Sequence record: NC_028999.1
Direction: 5' to 3' (one strand)
Length of the DNA: 64,000 bases
Within the stretch, counting starts at the first letter, position 1, and each line of letters opens with the position of its first letter. The notes beneath the pieces were generated by a model that was not told where the DNA came from, made no database searches, and saw only the letters and a program-made list of their open reading frames with translations. Positions 21,849 to 30,446 of the stretch are shown in pieces. Position numbers and translations under genes: made by a program.

Positions 21849-22417
21849 TGAAAGGCATGAATTGGGCACTGAGTCTTGAGGACCAAGAAGGTCAGGCTCA
21901 AGAAGTAGACGTGAATAACGTCGAATCGGAAACCGAGGTAAAGGATCTCGATCAGGGCAATCTGGATGTAGACAACGCCAACAAGGAATCTCAGCCTGAT
22001 ACGGTCCATGCGGATACTGAGGGCGATGTCTCCAACGAAGAGGCTACCTACGCTGCTGCAACGGGTGCATCTACTATCGAAGCTTTCGCTCCCGATAAAT
22101 ACGGTTGTCCCAAGCGTTTCGTCCTGTCAGGCTTTGATGCTTCCAGCAACCCGGCAGCTGATATCAATGACAACAAGCTCCAGTGCGTACTGCTGATGCA
22201 AAACGGTACGCTACCGGAAGTAGGTAAGAATGGTATCACTGCTGAAGATCTTCTGCGTGTTGTTGAAGAGCTTTTCGTGGGCTATCAATCAGGTCCGTTT
22301 GCGTGTGAAGAGAACGAGTCTGTTCTGTTCCATGTTCGTGCCGCTCAAGCGAAGATTCAGGCTCGTCTGTATCGTCGTCGTGAGGAAGGTACTGAAGGGA
22401 CCTACCAGGGTCACTAA
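21848..22417 (+). CDS. tad1: Tad1-like anti-defence sponge domain with an acidic N-terminal extension
   Basis: C-terminal ~105 aa matches the Tad1 family pattern as I recall it: QNGTLPEVGKNGITAEDLL..V......Q.GPF.C.EN......A...I..R...R...G.EGT. Confidence 0.8.
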   Translation: MKGMNWALSLEDQEGQAQEVDVNNVESETEVKDLDQGNLDVDNANKESQPDTVHADTEGDVSNEEATYAAATGASTIEAFAPDKYGCPKRFVLSGFDASSNPAADINDNKLQCVLLMQNGTLPEVGKNGITAEDLLRVVEELFVGYQSGPFACEENESVLFHVRAAQAKIQARLYRRREEGTEGTYQGH

Positions 22418-22420
22418 CGA

Positions 22421-22451
22421 CATAAATGCCCAGCTCAGGCTGGGCTTTATG
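22421..22451 (+). terminator. Intrinsic terminator closing the structural/Tad1 unit
   Basis: cataaatgcccagc-tcag-gctgggctttatg. Confidence 0.75.
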
Positions 22452-22481
22452 CCATTGTAAAAAGTTTCAAATCTATATTAC
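22452..22481 (+). promoter_or_regulatory. phiKZ-type early promoter
   Basis: ccattgtaaaaagtttcaaatcTATATTAC (motif at 22474-22481). Confidence 0.75.
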
Positions 22482-22512
22482 AGATTTGAATTGAAACCAT
22501 TGAGGCTTTACC

Positions 22513-23046
22513 ATGGCACTGTCTGATTGCTATCAATGTTGGGAAACACCCTGTAAATGTGGTCATGACTACATGGATTGGACAGAGAAAGATCTGAAGG
22601 GGCAAATCGCAATGCTTCAAGGTGTTCTCCATTCCAAGCAAACCAAAGAAGCCAGCAAACTAGCTGGTGAGGAAATGGTGCGCTACGAGATCCGTGATCT
22701 CATTCCTGTCCGGGTGAAGTACTATCACGGCACCTCTGTAAAGGTACAGGCTCTGGATGCACCGACATACTCGATGTTTAAACACCGTCGTCTACAGGAA
22801 ACCTCTGGGCATTTCCAGTTCGATCCAGCTGATGGTAAATGCATATCTGGTTCCGGGGATAAACCCTGGGCTTTCTCGGTGTCGATCAAGATCGGCGAAG
22901 GACCTGACGATTGGACGTATTCGCTGAGTGCATTCAACACCAACGAATTCGCCGCGCCGCATTACGACGCTAATATTCGGGTAGAATTCATCATTCGGGA
23001 TCGTGTCGTGTACTTACCCAAATGTACCTTGCTGGAGCCGGAATGA
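22513..23046 (+). CDS. Hypothetical protein with an N-terminal Cys cluster (CYQCWETPCKCG)
   Basis: 177 aa ORF with gagg RBS, first gene after the early promoter. Confidence 0.7.
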   Translation: MALSDCYQCWETPCKCGHDYMDWTEKDLKGQIAMLQGVLHSKQTKEASKLAGEEMVRYEIRDLIPVRVKYYHGTSVKVQALDAPTYSMFKHRRLQETSGHFQFDPADGKCISGSGDKPWAFSVSIKIGEGPDDWTYSLSAFNTNEFAAPHYDANIRVEFIIRDRVVYLPKCTLLEPE

Positions 23047-23405
23047 ATTCACAATTGATCATCTACATCGTGAATGGGGCATATACCCGAGAGCAGATTG
23101 AAGCGCACAGCAAAGTCCCTTTCGTGGAAAACCTATCCGAAGCGGCTGATCAACCAGTGGTGTTCACTCCATATACCCGAAGTAAGGTAATTAGGTACAG
23201 ACAAGAGAATAGAATCAATCTGTTTCTCACCCCGGACTTTGATAAGTCGATTTCGATGCTGCACGAGAACCATGGGCGTTACTTCCAGATAAGTCTCTTG
23301 GGTATCAAGGACTATAACGACAATTGCAATATGGTTCCACTGGGAATCGAACATCTGAATATGTTTGATGAAACATACGAACGGAAGATGAAGGAAAAAC
23401 GATGA
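23043..23405 (+). CDS. Hypothetical protein, tandem paralog 1 of 3
   Basis: IYIVNGAYTREQIEAHSKVPFVE...PVVFTPY. Confidence 0.7.
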   Translation: MNSQLIIYIVNGAYTREQIEAHSKVPFVENLSEAADQPVVFTPYTRSKVIRYRQENRINLFLTPDFDKSISMLHENHGRYFQISLLGIKDYNDNCNMVPLGIEHLNMFDETYERKMKEKR

Positions 23406-23737
23406 CACTCAAAGCGATTGTCTACATCCACAACAATGCTTTCACTCCGGAGCAGATTGCTGAGTTCAGCAAAGTTCCGTACATGGAAGTCATTGACCTG
23501 AACACCACCCACCCCATGGTGTTCACTCCGTACAGCTCCGACCTGATCATCCAATACAAGAACACGATCCCGTACCAGATGATTGTTTCGGTGGACCCAA
23601 CCCCCGAGCAAGAAAAAGAGCTGCGGCAGCATACCCTGAAAGATGGGATTTACAGCCTGAGCTACGTCACGGGTGAGATCAATCAGGACCAGTTCCTGAT
23701 GTGGGACGCTGAATACGACAACATGGCGGCGGTGTAA
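23402..23737 (+). CDS. Hypothetical protein, tandem paralog 2 of 3
   Basis: VYIHNNAFTPEQIAEFSKVPYME...PMVFTPY. Confidence 0.7.
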   Translation: MTLKAIVYIHNNAFTPEQIAEFSKVPYMEVIDLNTTHPMVFTPYSSDLIIQYKNTIPYQMIVSVDPTPEQEKELRQHTLKDGIYSLSYVTGEINQDQFLMWDAEYDNMAAV

Positions 23738-23739
23738 GT

Positions 23740-24096
23740 ATGAAACTCAAGGCAGTGCTGTATGTGGTCAATGACGCATTGACCAAAGAAGAGATCGTTG
23801 AGCACACGAAGATCCCATTCGTTGAGAACGTAGATCTGGAAACGGAACATCCGATCGTAGCTACGCCGTATAATGCGGAGAAAGTCAAATCTCACCAAAG
23901 CGTCGTACAGTATCAGTGCTTCATTGCCCACGAGTATGAAACCACTGAGAAACTGCTGAACGAGGAGCTGGGTGAACGTCCGCGTAATACCACTTATATC
24001 ACCTATCATGGGTCGGATGTACCTGGTAAACGTCTTAGCCCAGGTCACCTGGATGCCTGGAACTTTGAGTACGATCGTCTTCTGAATGAGAGTTGA
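23740..24096 (+). CDS. Hypothetical protein, tandem paralog 3 of 3
   Basis: LYVVNDALTKEEIVEHTKIPFVE...PIVATPY. Confidence 0.7.
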   Translation: MKLKAVLYVVNDALTKEEIVEHTKIPFVENVDLETEHPIVATPYNAEKVKSHQSVVQYQCFIAHEYETTEKLLNEELGERPRNTTYITYHGSDVPGKRLSPGHLDAWNFEYDRLLNES

Positions 24097-24119
24097 ACTA
24101 ACTCAACTCAGAGGCTACC

Positions 24120-24368
24120 ATGAAGGAATTCATTGTTCTCAACGAAGAAAAGATCCAATTCGAAATCAAGCGATTCCCTATTGAGAAGGCAGTAGAGGAA
24201 TCGGCCTGGCAGAACTTCGTTCACGATCTCAATAACGAGGTCGTGGAATACGAAGACTGGGAGGTGGAACAAGAGATCTACTTCGAAGAGGCAAGAGAAA
24301 TACTCACCAAGTTCGGGCAGAACTATATCCCAGAACCCGGTGAGTGCATCATCGCTGTACAACCATAA
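24120..24368 (+). CDS. Small, highly acidic hypothetical protein
   Basis: 82 aa, gagg RBS, Glu-rich (EVVEYEDWEVEQEIYFEE). Confidence 0.65.
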   Translation: MKEFIVLNEEKIQFEIKRFPIEKAVEESAWQNFVHDLNNEVVEYEDWEVEQEIYFEEAREILTKFGQNYIPEPGECIIAVQP

Positions 24369-24398
24369 CACATCGATATAACACAAGGAATTACTCAC

Positions 24399-24809
24399 AT
24401 GTCCAAAGATCTGAAGAGCGTTGCTTTCGCGGAAGAACACCTGAAAGGCGTAGTCACCCTGGACGACGCCAATCGCCTGACCGGCCTCGATGACCTGTAC
24501 GAGAAGCACGTACTCGAACCCCTGGGTCTGACCCTGGAGATCGAGAACAAGCGTGAGAAGGCGGCCGCTGAGCTCTTCGCTGGCGTTACTTATCACGCCG
24601 GTGAACTCTTTGCCGGCGCCATGAAACAGGACCCGAACATCAGCGAACTGGCGTTCAGCTACCCCATGGGCAAACACGCCACCGCATCTGGCGTGTTCAA
24701 CCGTGAAGGCAGCCATGTCGTGCTGGCAATGACCAGCAAATGGGAAACCGCCGAAATGAAACGTGTGGTGGCCCACGTCAACACTCTGTTCGACGAAATC
24801 AGCAACTAA
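24399..24809 (+). CDS. Hypothetical protein
   Basis: 136 aa, aagga RBS, strongly C/G-ending codon usage, followed by a terminator. Confidence 0.7.
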   Translation: MSKDLKSVAFAEEHLKGVVTLDDANRLTGLDDLYEKHVLEPLGLTLEIENKREKAAAELFAGVTYHAGELFAGAMKQDPNISELAFSYPMGKHATASGVFNREGSHVVLAMTSKWETAEMKRVVAHVNTLFDEISN

Positions 24810-24815
24810 TGGTTG

Positions 24816-24837
24816 TGGGGTACCTTCGGGTACCCCA
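24816..24837 (+). terminator. Intrinsic terminator
   Basis: tggggtacc-ttcg-ggtacccca. Confidence 0.75.
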
Positions 24838-24867
24838 TTACTCTTTTAATTTTTTGAAGGAAATACA

Positions 24868-25956
24868 ATGTTCAATCCGGCAGTTCAAAAGTTTGTTGTT
24901 CTGGAAGGTGATGAATTCTCTGGTAAGAGTTCGGTTCGCAAAGCGCTGGTCGAGCGACTGGAAGCTCTCAATGTCCCGCATCAAGTTTTCCGTGAACCGG
25001 GCGGTACTCCGTTCGGTGAAGAGATCCGTGAGATCCTGCTGCGCAAAGGCGATGAACAGATCAACCAAGTCTCCGACATTCTACTGCACCAAGCCTACCG
25101 TGCCCAGAATGTCCGTGAGATTATCAAGCCGGCTCTGGAAGCGGGTAAGCTGGTCCTGTCTGAACGCTTCATTATTTCCACTTACTGTCTGAACGTCGTA
25201 CCGTATCTGGAAACCAATCCAGAACTGCAAGACCTGTTCATGGGTACCCTGCCGTTCGTAACTCAAGGTATTCCAGAACCGATTACTTTCATGCTGCGTC
25301 TACCCGAAGAAGAGCGGATGAAGCGTGCTGACGGGCGCAAGCTCGATCGTTATGAAGATATGCCTGCCGATCACGTAGCTAAAGTTTCTAAGGCCTACCG
25401 TGAGCTGCAATTGCCAAGCATGGTTGAAGTTGATGCTACACAATCGATCGAAAAGATCGTTGACTTCATTCTGGACGTGCTGACCCAATTCGACGATCGA
25501 GAAACTCAACGGCTGGCGGACGAAGCGCAGCGTAAAGCACTAATGGCTGAGGCCGAAGTGCCGACCCCAGAAGAACCAGTTGCAAAAGGTTCCAGTGAAG
25601 CTGAAGAATCTCAGCCGTTTGATCTGGAAACCGCGCTGGAAGCCTACGCCCAGACCAATATCGTTCCTGAACTGTTCCCGCGTCTTACCCAAGAAGGCGA
25701 CGCTGAATATCAAGCCAATGCTATGAAGTACTGGCGCGAACTCGCTAAGAAAATCGTAGCCAAGATCTTCAAGCAAACCGGGGAGGACCAGTCGATCTTC
25801 CAACCTCACCGAGTCGGTCAACTGAACAGCGAGATCCATTCTCTGTTCCATTACCATGCACGCTTCGAGTACATGATGGATGAACTCCGAAAAGACGGAG
25901 CGTTCGGTGAGGACTCCACTGAGACTGGAGTCACGATTGAAGACCCTGCTGTCTGA
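24868..25956 (+). CDS. tmk: Thymidylate kinase with a long C-terminal extension
   Basis: FVVLEGDEFSGKSS P-loop, FREPGGTPFGEEIREILL, VLSERF..ST. Confidence 0.92.
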   Translation: MFNPAVQKFVVLEGDEFSGKSSVRKALVERLEALNVPHQVFREPGGTPFGEEIREILLRKGDEQINQVSDILLHQAYRAQNVREIIKPALEAGKLVLSERFIISTYCLNVVPYLETNPELQDLFMGTLPFVTQGIPEPITFMLRLPEEERMKRADGRKLDRYEDMPADHVAKVSKAYRELQLPSMVEVDATQSIEKIVDFILDVLTQFDDRETQRLADEAQRKALMAEAEVPTPEEPVAKGSSEAEESQPFDLETALEAYAQTNIVPELFPRLTQEGDAEYQANAMKYWRELAKKIVAKIFKQTGEDQSIFQPHRVGQLNSEIHSLFHYHARFEYMMDELRKDGAFGEDSTETGVTIEDPAV

Positions 25957-25978
25957 ACCATACACAGCAGTACTTGCT

Positions 25979-26236
25979 ATGGATCGGCAAGATAACTATA
26001 AGCCAACGCCAATGACCACTAAACATGTTCGGCGGGACAATCTATGGCGCTTTATTAATGAAGAGTTCAAAGCCTTCGCTAATGGAGTGCCAGTTCGCGT
26101 CATCTTACAAGATGTAACCAAGCACAACGCCGTTGTGGCTAACTACTACCACCGCAGGGATTCGTACACAGTGAAGATTAGCTCTTTCCTGCAAAACTAC
26201 CTGCACGTCGATAAAAACATAGGAATCGTTAGCTAA
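25979..26236 (+). CDS. Hypothetical protein
   Basis: ORF filling the gap; stop overlaps the next ATG; start uncertain. Confidence 0.45.
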   Translation: MDRQDNYKPTPMTTKHVRRDNLWRFINEEFKAFANGVPVRVILQDVTKHNAVVANYYHRRDSYTVKISSFLQNYLHVDKNIGIVS

Positions 26237-26481
26237 TGAGTGACAAACTCTCTCTGAAGAAAAACGCCTCTGAATATACTCCGGCGACTGAACTAGGTGA
26301 TCTCACTCAGTACGTGGAGCGTACATTCGTTTGTAACCGTAACGGCCAAGTCACCGCAGTCAAATTGGCTGAAGTGAAGAACCGTAACGTGCGGCTCGAA
26401 TATCCGGGCGGTCGTGCTGACTCGTTCAGCCTTCCTCAGGAAAAGTTCCGTAAGCTCTATCAACTGGCACCCGCCGCTTGA
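26236..26481 (+). CDS. Hypothetical protein
   Basis: 81 aa ORF with RBS, followed by a terminator. Confidence 0.65.
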   Translation: MSDKLSLKKNASEYTPATELGDLTQYVERTFVCNRNGQVTAVKLAEVKNRNVRLEYPGGRADSFSLPQEKFRKLYQLAPAA

Positions 26482-26486
26482 ATTTC

Positions 26487-26506
26487 AGGGAGCCTTCGGG
26501 CTCCCT
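26487..26506 (+). terminator. Intrinsic terminator (gggagcc-ttcg-ggctccc family)
   Basis: The same hairpin recurs at 57386-57401 and 59229-59246. Confidence 0.75.
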
Positions 26507-26523
26507 TTCTATTTTGCTAAGGA

Positions 26524-27231
26524 GTGATGATGCGTTACATTCTACTTTGTTTGCTGGTACTGGCTGGCTCAGTATGGGGTAATCCGGTAAAAGACCCAGT
26601 GGTCTACAAACATGTACCGTATTGGTACACTGTCCAAACTCCAAAGGAAATCTCCTGTGTCTATACACCTGGAGCGAATATGGGGATGTGCGGTGTTCCC
26701 AATTATCCGGATGAAGTAACGGTATCTGTTACCCGTCGCTCTGATTACACCGAGGAACGCGCCTACAGGGTCGCAACGTATATCCAGTACGTCTGCATTG
26801 ACGGTGTGTGTTCCGATGCGTATGGAGCAATTGGAGGCGTTCTAGAGGGTGAAGTAGGCATCACGTACTGGGAGCTTCCTCGTGGTTACTATGTGACTAC
26901 CGAGCAAGGACAATACAAAGCTTACAAGCATGGGAACGGACCGCTGGCACAGCGATTTCCGATCCGGGATGTACTGCTCAACGGTGAATCCATCGATGGT
27001 TTTTACGTGTCGGTTGAACAAACACAAAATCTTTACAATGTACACTGCAATGTTCAAACACAACGCTGTGAATATCTGGGGCGTGAGCTGACGCTGTTGG
27101 AACTCGCTCAATTGGTACCCTTTGTGAAAACCGATATGTGCGATGCGTATCTGTGCTATATCAACAGCAACAAAGCCATGGTGGCTGGGATAAACCCTGA
27201 CCGTAAGGATATCTACGTAGGGCTACGATAA
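26524..27231 (+). CDS. Cys-rich hypothetical protein with a predicted signal peptide
   Basis: MMRYILLCLLVLAGSVWG N-terminus and several paired Cys; aaggag RBS. Confidence 0.65.
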   Translation: MMMRYILLCLLVLAGSVWGNPVKDPVVYKHVPYWYTVQTPKEISCVYTPGANMGMCGVPNYPDEVTVSVTRRSDYTEERAYRVATYIQYVCIDGVCSDAYGAIGGVLEGEVGITYWELPRGYYVTTEQGQYKAYKHGNGPLAQRFPIRDVLLNGESIDGFYVSVEQTQNLYNVHCNVQTQRCEYLGRELTLLELAQLVPFVKTDMCDAYLCYINSNKAMVAGINPDRKDIYVGLR

Positions 27232-27566
27232 TGGGTGAATTCTTTATTGACGACCGGCGTCAAATCGAGATGTACCTACTCAGTGAAATACAGGCTAAGG
27301 TCCGTGCATCTCATCTACGGGTAAAATGGTTAGCCGATTACAACGTGTTTGTCGAAACCGTCAGTGAAAGAATTGCTGTAGCCATTCTCATCACCAAAGA
27401 TAGTAAAATCTTGGTACTGACGTACGACATTCAACGTGATCCCACGATATGGAAGACATGGGATGACCATATCAACCCCGATACCGCCATTCACAAACAA
27501 CAATTCAATCGAAACGAGATTGATCCTGCTGCAACTGTGGTTATCTTGGAATTGATGTCCGTGTGA
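27231..27566 (+). CDS. Hypothetical protein
   Basis: 111 aa ORF, stop/start coupled, followed by hairpin 27575-27596. Confidence 0.6.
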   Translation: MGEFFIDDRRQIEMYLLSEIQAKVRASHLRVKWLADYNVFVETVSERIAVAILITKDSKILVLTYDIQRDPTIWKTWDDHINPDTAIHKQQFNRNEIDPAATVVILELMSV

Positions 27567-27652
27567 ACATAATAGCCCTCTCCCGAAGGAGAGGGCGTTA
27601 TGCCATTATTTTTTTACTTGTTTCGTCACCTTATGTACCCAAGGAGAATTTA

Positions 27653-28012
27653 ATGATCAACTGGATCCGACGACACTATAAACGTAGACGCTGTAGTCGT
27701 GGTGAATTAATAGCTATTAATGAGTTGATACTCAAGGCAGCTCGACGACAGAATTATGACCTAGCTCACCTGATCTCTTACCTTGGTGATGGTAATGACC
27801 CAGTTGTACTAGACCAGATCAGAAATGAATTCTATAGTTTGTACCATCATTACAGATCGGTGTTTGATCCAGCTGACTTCGGTAAAAACTATCGAACCAA
27901 GTTAGGTCAGAACCTTATGGAAGCTGATCTAAAGATCGGTCAGTTTAAAGAACTGTGCGACAAGCATGGCATTGATTATTCCCACATTGTAGCAAACGAT
28001 ATTCCGTTCTAA
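27653..28012 (+). CDS. Hypothetical protein
   Basis: aaggag RBS then ATG 27653 (MINWIRRHY...). Confidence 0.6.
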   Translation: MINWIRRHYKRRRCSRGELIAINELILKAARRQNYDLAHLISYLGDGNDPVVLDQIRNEFYSLYHHYRSVFDPADFGKNYRTKLGQNLMEADLKIGQFKELCDKHGIDYSHIVANDIPF

Positions 28013-28021
28013 GGACACCCC

Positions 28022-28384
28022 ATGGATTTCCAAACTCTGTTTGAATTGTTCTTCCTTTTACTCGTTGGTCACGCTGTCTGTGATTACGCTTTACAAAACG
28101 ATTTCATGGCTATGGCCAAGAATCACACTACCGAATTGGGTAAGATATACTGGAAGTTCGTTTTGCCATCACATGGATTAATCCATGGGGGTTGGGTGTA
28201 TTTTGCTACAGGTTCAATTGCTTTTGGTGTACTGGAAACCATCATCCATTGCATCACCGATTACTTGAAGTGTGGTAATAAAATCAGCTTCAATACAGAT
28301 CAATGGATTCACATTGCTTGTAAAGTTCTTTGGGTTATCTTGGTTGGATTCCAGTTCGACTTCCTCGATTTGCTTCTTTTCTGA
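28022..28384 (+). CDS. DUF3307-like membrane protein
   Basis: LLLVGHAVCDYALQNDFMAMAK...H...H...IIHCITDYLK...DQWIH pattern with hydrophobic helices. Confidence 0.7.
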   Translation: MDFQTLFELFFLLLVGHAVCDYALQNDFMAMAKNHTTELGKIYWKFVLPSHGLIHGGWVYFATGSIAFGVLETIIHCITDYLKCGNKISFNTDQWIHIACKVLWVILVGFQFDFLDLLLF

Positions 28385-28423
28385 CTACGGCCTCCCCTCG
28401 GGGAGGCTCTATGCCGCTATTCT

Positions 28424-28945
28424 ATGAATCAACGGCACTTTGGGGGACACATGCCTCTTACCTGTACCAAAGTCCCAGAGATAGACCAATTTGTAACCGA
28501 AGGGAAGCATATCGGCTATTTCGGAAAAGAGGACAATATAACCGACCTGCCGTCTGTGATTGGCGATTGGAATATCCGAGCGATCTATGATCGGGTGAAC
28601 CCCACAACAGGATACATCGTTGCGGTTCCTTCGAATACACGTACCCGCGTTATTTATAATACTGGGCGTGCAAATTGGCTGCAATCACTCGGCTACACTA
28701 GTAAACAGGCTGACTTGTATATCAGGGCGAGCACTATCGTGAATGGTCGTTGGGACCATCGCGTTGCTGAATTTGTACTGAAACATTTCCACATGGACGA
28801 TTACGTCATTGAGGAAGTAATACAGAGCGATCGCCCTAAGAAAGTTTGCCAAGAAAACAACATTAATACCAAACTCTCAGCGCGTAAGATTTTGACAGCC
28901 TGTCAGATACTTTACAACATGCGCTTTACTCTGGTAGGGGCCTAG
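28424..28945 (+). CDS. Hypothetical protein
   Basis: 173 aa ORF between two hairpins (28390-28407 and 28935-28952); start uncertain. Confidence 0.55.
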   Translation: MNQRHFGGHMPLTCTKVPEIDQFVTEGKHIGYFGKEDNITDLPSVIGDWNIRAIYDRVNPTTGYIVAVPSNTRTRVIYNTGRANWLQSLGYTSKQADLYIRASTIVNGRWDHRVAEFVLKHFHMDDYVIEEVIQSDRPKKVCQENNINTKLSARKILTACQILYNMRFTLVGA

Positions 28946-29004
28946 GCCCCTATTTATTTCGTCGTACGCTATTCTATGACTTTAAATCGTAAAGGTTTGA
29001 CCCT

Positions 29005-29439
29005 ATGAATTTTTTCGTTGATGCCGAATTCGACGTACCCACTGATAAACTAATCTCTTTAGCGATCGTCTCTGAAGACGGTAACCGTGAGTTCTATGAA
29101 GTTATAGACTATACTGGGATTCAGGATGAATGGGTAATGAAAAACGTTATTCCCATTCTTCAGAAGGAACCTGTATCGTTTGAAGAATTCCAAAACAGAT
29201 TGGCAAAGTTTGTGCAGCAATTTGCTGGCATGCACATTATCGTAAACCACCCGAATGATGTACTCTATTTCAACAGAGCTCTGTTGCAGGAGAAAGGTAA
29301 GTGGATTATGATTCAGCCATTGACTTTTGAGATCGACGACGACCTCAGCGGGAAAGGTTCCAAACTTTTACACAACGCGTTACATGATAGTCGAGCGACG
29401 CGAATCGACTGGCTAAAGAAGAACGGATTTCAGCCTTGA
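29005..29439 (+). CDS. DEDDh 3'-5' exonuclease/exoribonuclease (RNase AS/Rv2179c-like)
   Basis: FFVDAEFD...LISLAIVSEDG.REFY...WV..NVIP.L...HNALHDSR. Confidence 0.75.
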   Translation: MNFFVDAEFDVPTDKLISLAIVSEDGNREFYEVIDYTGIQDEWVMKNVIPILQKEPVSFEEFQNRLAKFVQQFAGMHIIVNHPNDVLYFNRALLQEKGKWIMIQPLTFEIDDDLSGKGSKLLHNALHDSRATRIDWLKKNGFQP

Positions 29440-29513
29440 AGCCTCTCGAATAGATAACGTCTAGACCGAATATATCTGGAACATTAAATGTTACCGTCTG
29501 TGGACTATTAAAA

Positions 29514-30185
29514 ATGTCTGTTTATGAGCAAATGACCAACCAACCAGATCGCAAGTGCAGATCTGAAACACTACTGCGCTTACTGATCTCCACAAGTTAC
29601 CCCCATGCAACATTAGCCGATCTCACCTTTGCTTTCTCCAATCATAGCGGTCAGAAAGATCTTGATGAACTAGAGAAGATTGCTATACAGATGAAGGACG
29701 TTGAGCGATCCTTCGATATGTTTGACTTCATTCGATGCATCGAGCTTAAACGCCAGGGTGAGCAAATTCAAATCCAGGTTAAACGTCTGGACTTTGATCC
29801 GACTATGCGTACGCTGGAAGACAGTTCCGATACACATGAAGCAATGGCAACCAGTTCAGTTCATCTGACCGATGAACGAGTGAATCTTGCCGATGTCGAT
29901 GTACTAGCTACCCGCTTGCTTGAAATTTTCTATCGTTCTCAAGTTAAAGTGAAGAAGAAAGGGAACGAGATTGCAACTACGGTTTGGAAGAGTCGAACCA
30001 AGCATATTGATCGCCGTAATCCGAAAGCAGAGACAAAAGTTGTAGAAGCTGAATTGGATTTCCAAGCAGCTATTGAAATGATCTCCACGTCTCTTCGCAA
30101 GCGCCGCTTCCACATCCTGTTGACACAGAATACAATTCTACTACTGGATCAGAAGAGCCGCATTTGGGGTGTGTCCAAAGCGTGA
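29514..30185 (+). CDS. Hypothetical protein
   Basis: 223 aa ORF; AAATGTTAC middle-promoter-like motif at 29486-29494. Confidence 0.65.
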   Translation: MSVYEQMTNQPDRKCRSETLLRLLISTSYPHATLADLTFAFSNHSGQKDLDELEKIAIQMKDVERSFDMFDFIRCIELKRQGEQIQIQVKRLDFDPTMRTLEDSSDTHEAMATSSVHLTDERVNLADVDVLATRLLEIFYRSQVKVKKKGNEIATTVWKSRTKHIDRRNPKAETKVVEAELDFQAAIEMISTSLRKRRFHILLTQNTILLLDQKSRIWGVSKA

Positions 30186-30214
30186 GTTAAAAACTTACAC
30201 TTTCCCCAATGATA

Positions 30215-30390
30215 TAGCCAAGGCAGTACGCGTAAGCGCTGCACATTAAGGGGGTGATCCAGCCAATACTTAACCTGATACGTTAAGGCATTTGCGGGAG
30301 CAAAAGCGAGTATCTAACTACGGCGCCTTGGACTAGCTTGGAGCATCGATTCAAGCGGCATAACAGCCCAGCTTCGGCTGGGCTTTATGT
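30215..30390 (+). ncRNA. Candidate structured non-coding RNA
   Basis: ORF-free; three GNRA-capped hairpins; closing CCAAGGC/GCCTTGG helix; upstream AAAACTTAC motif; downstream terminator 30365-30384. Confidence 0.4.
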
Positions 30391-30446
30391 CGTCTTACTC
30401 GGGAGCCAATCTTATGACTTTCTAAAATCCTGACGGAATCACTCAC

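Noticed and set aside
30186-30446. tRNA or tmRNA in the intergenic gap
   Set aside because: No cloverleaf, T-loop GTTCRA or CCA end; kept only as an unclassified ncRNA candidate
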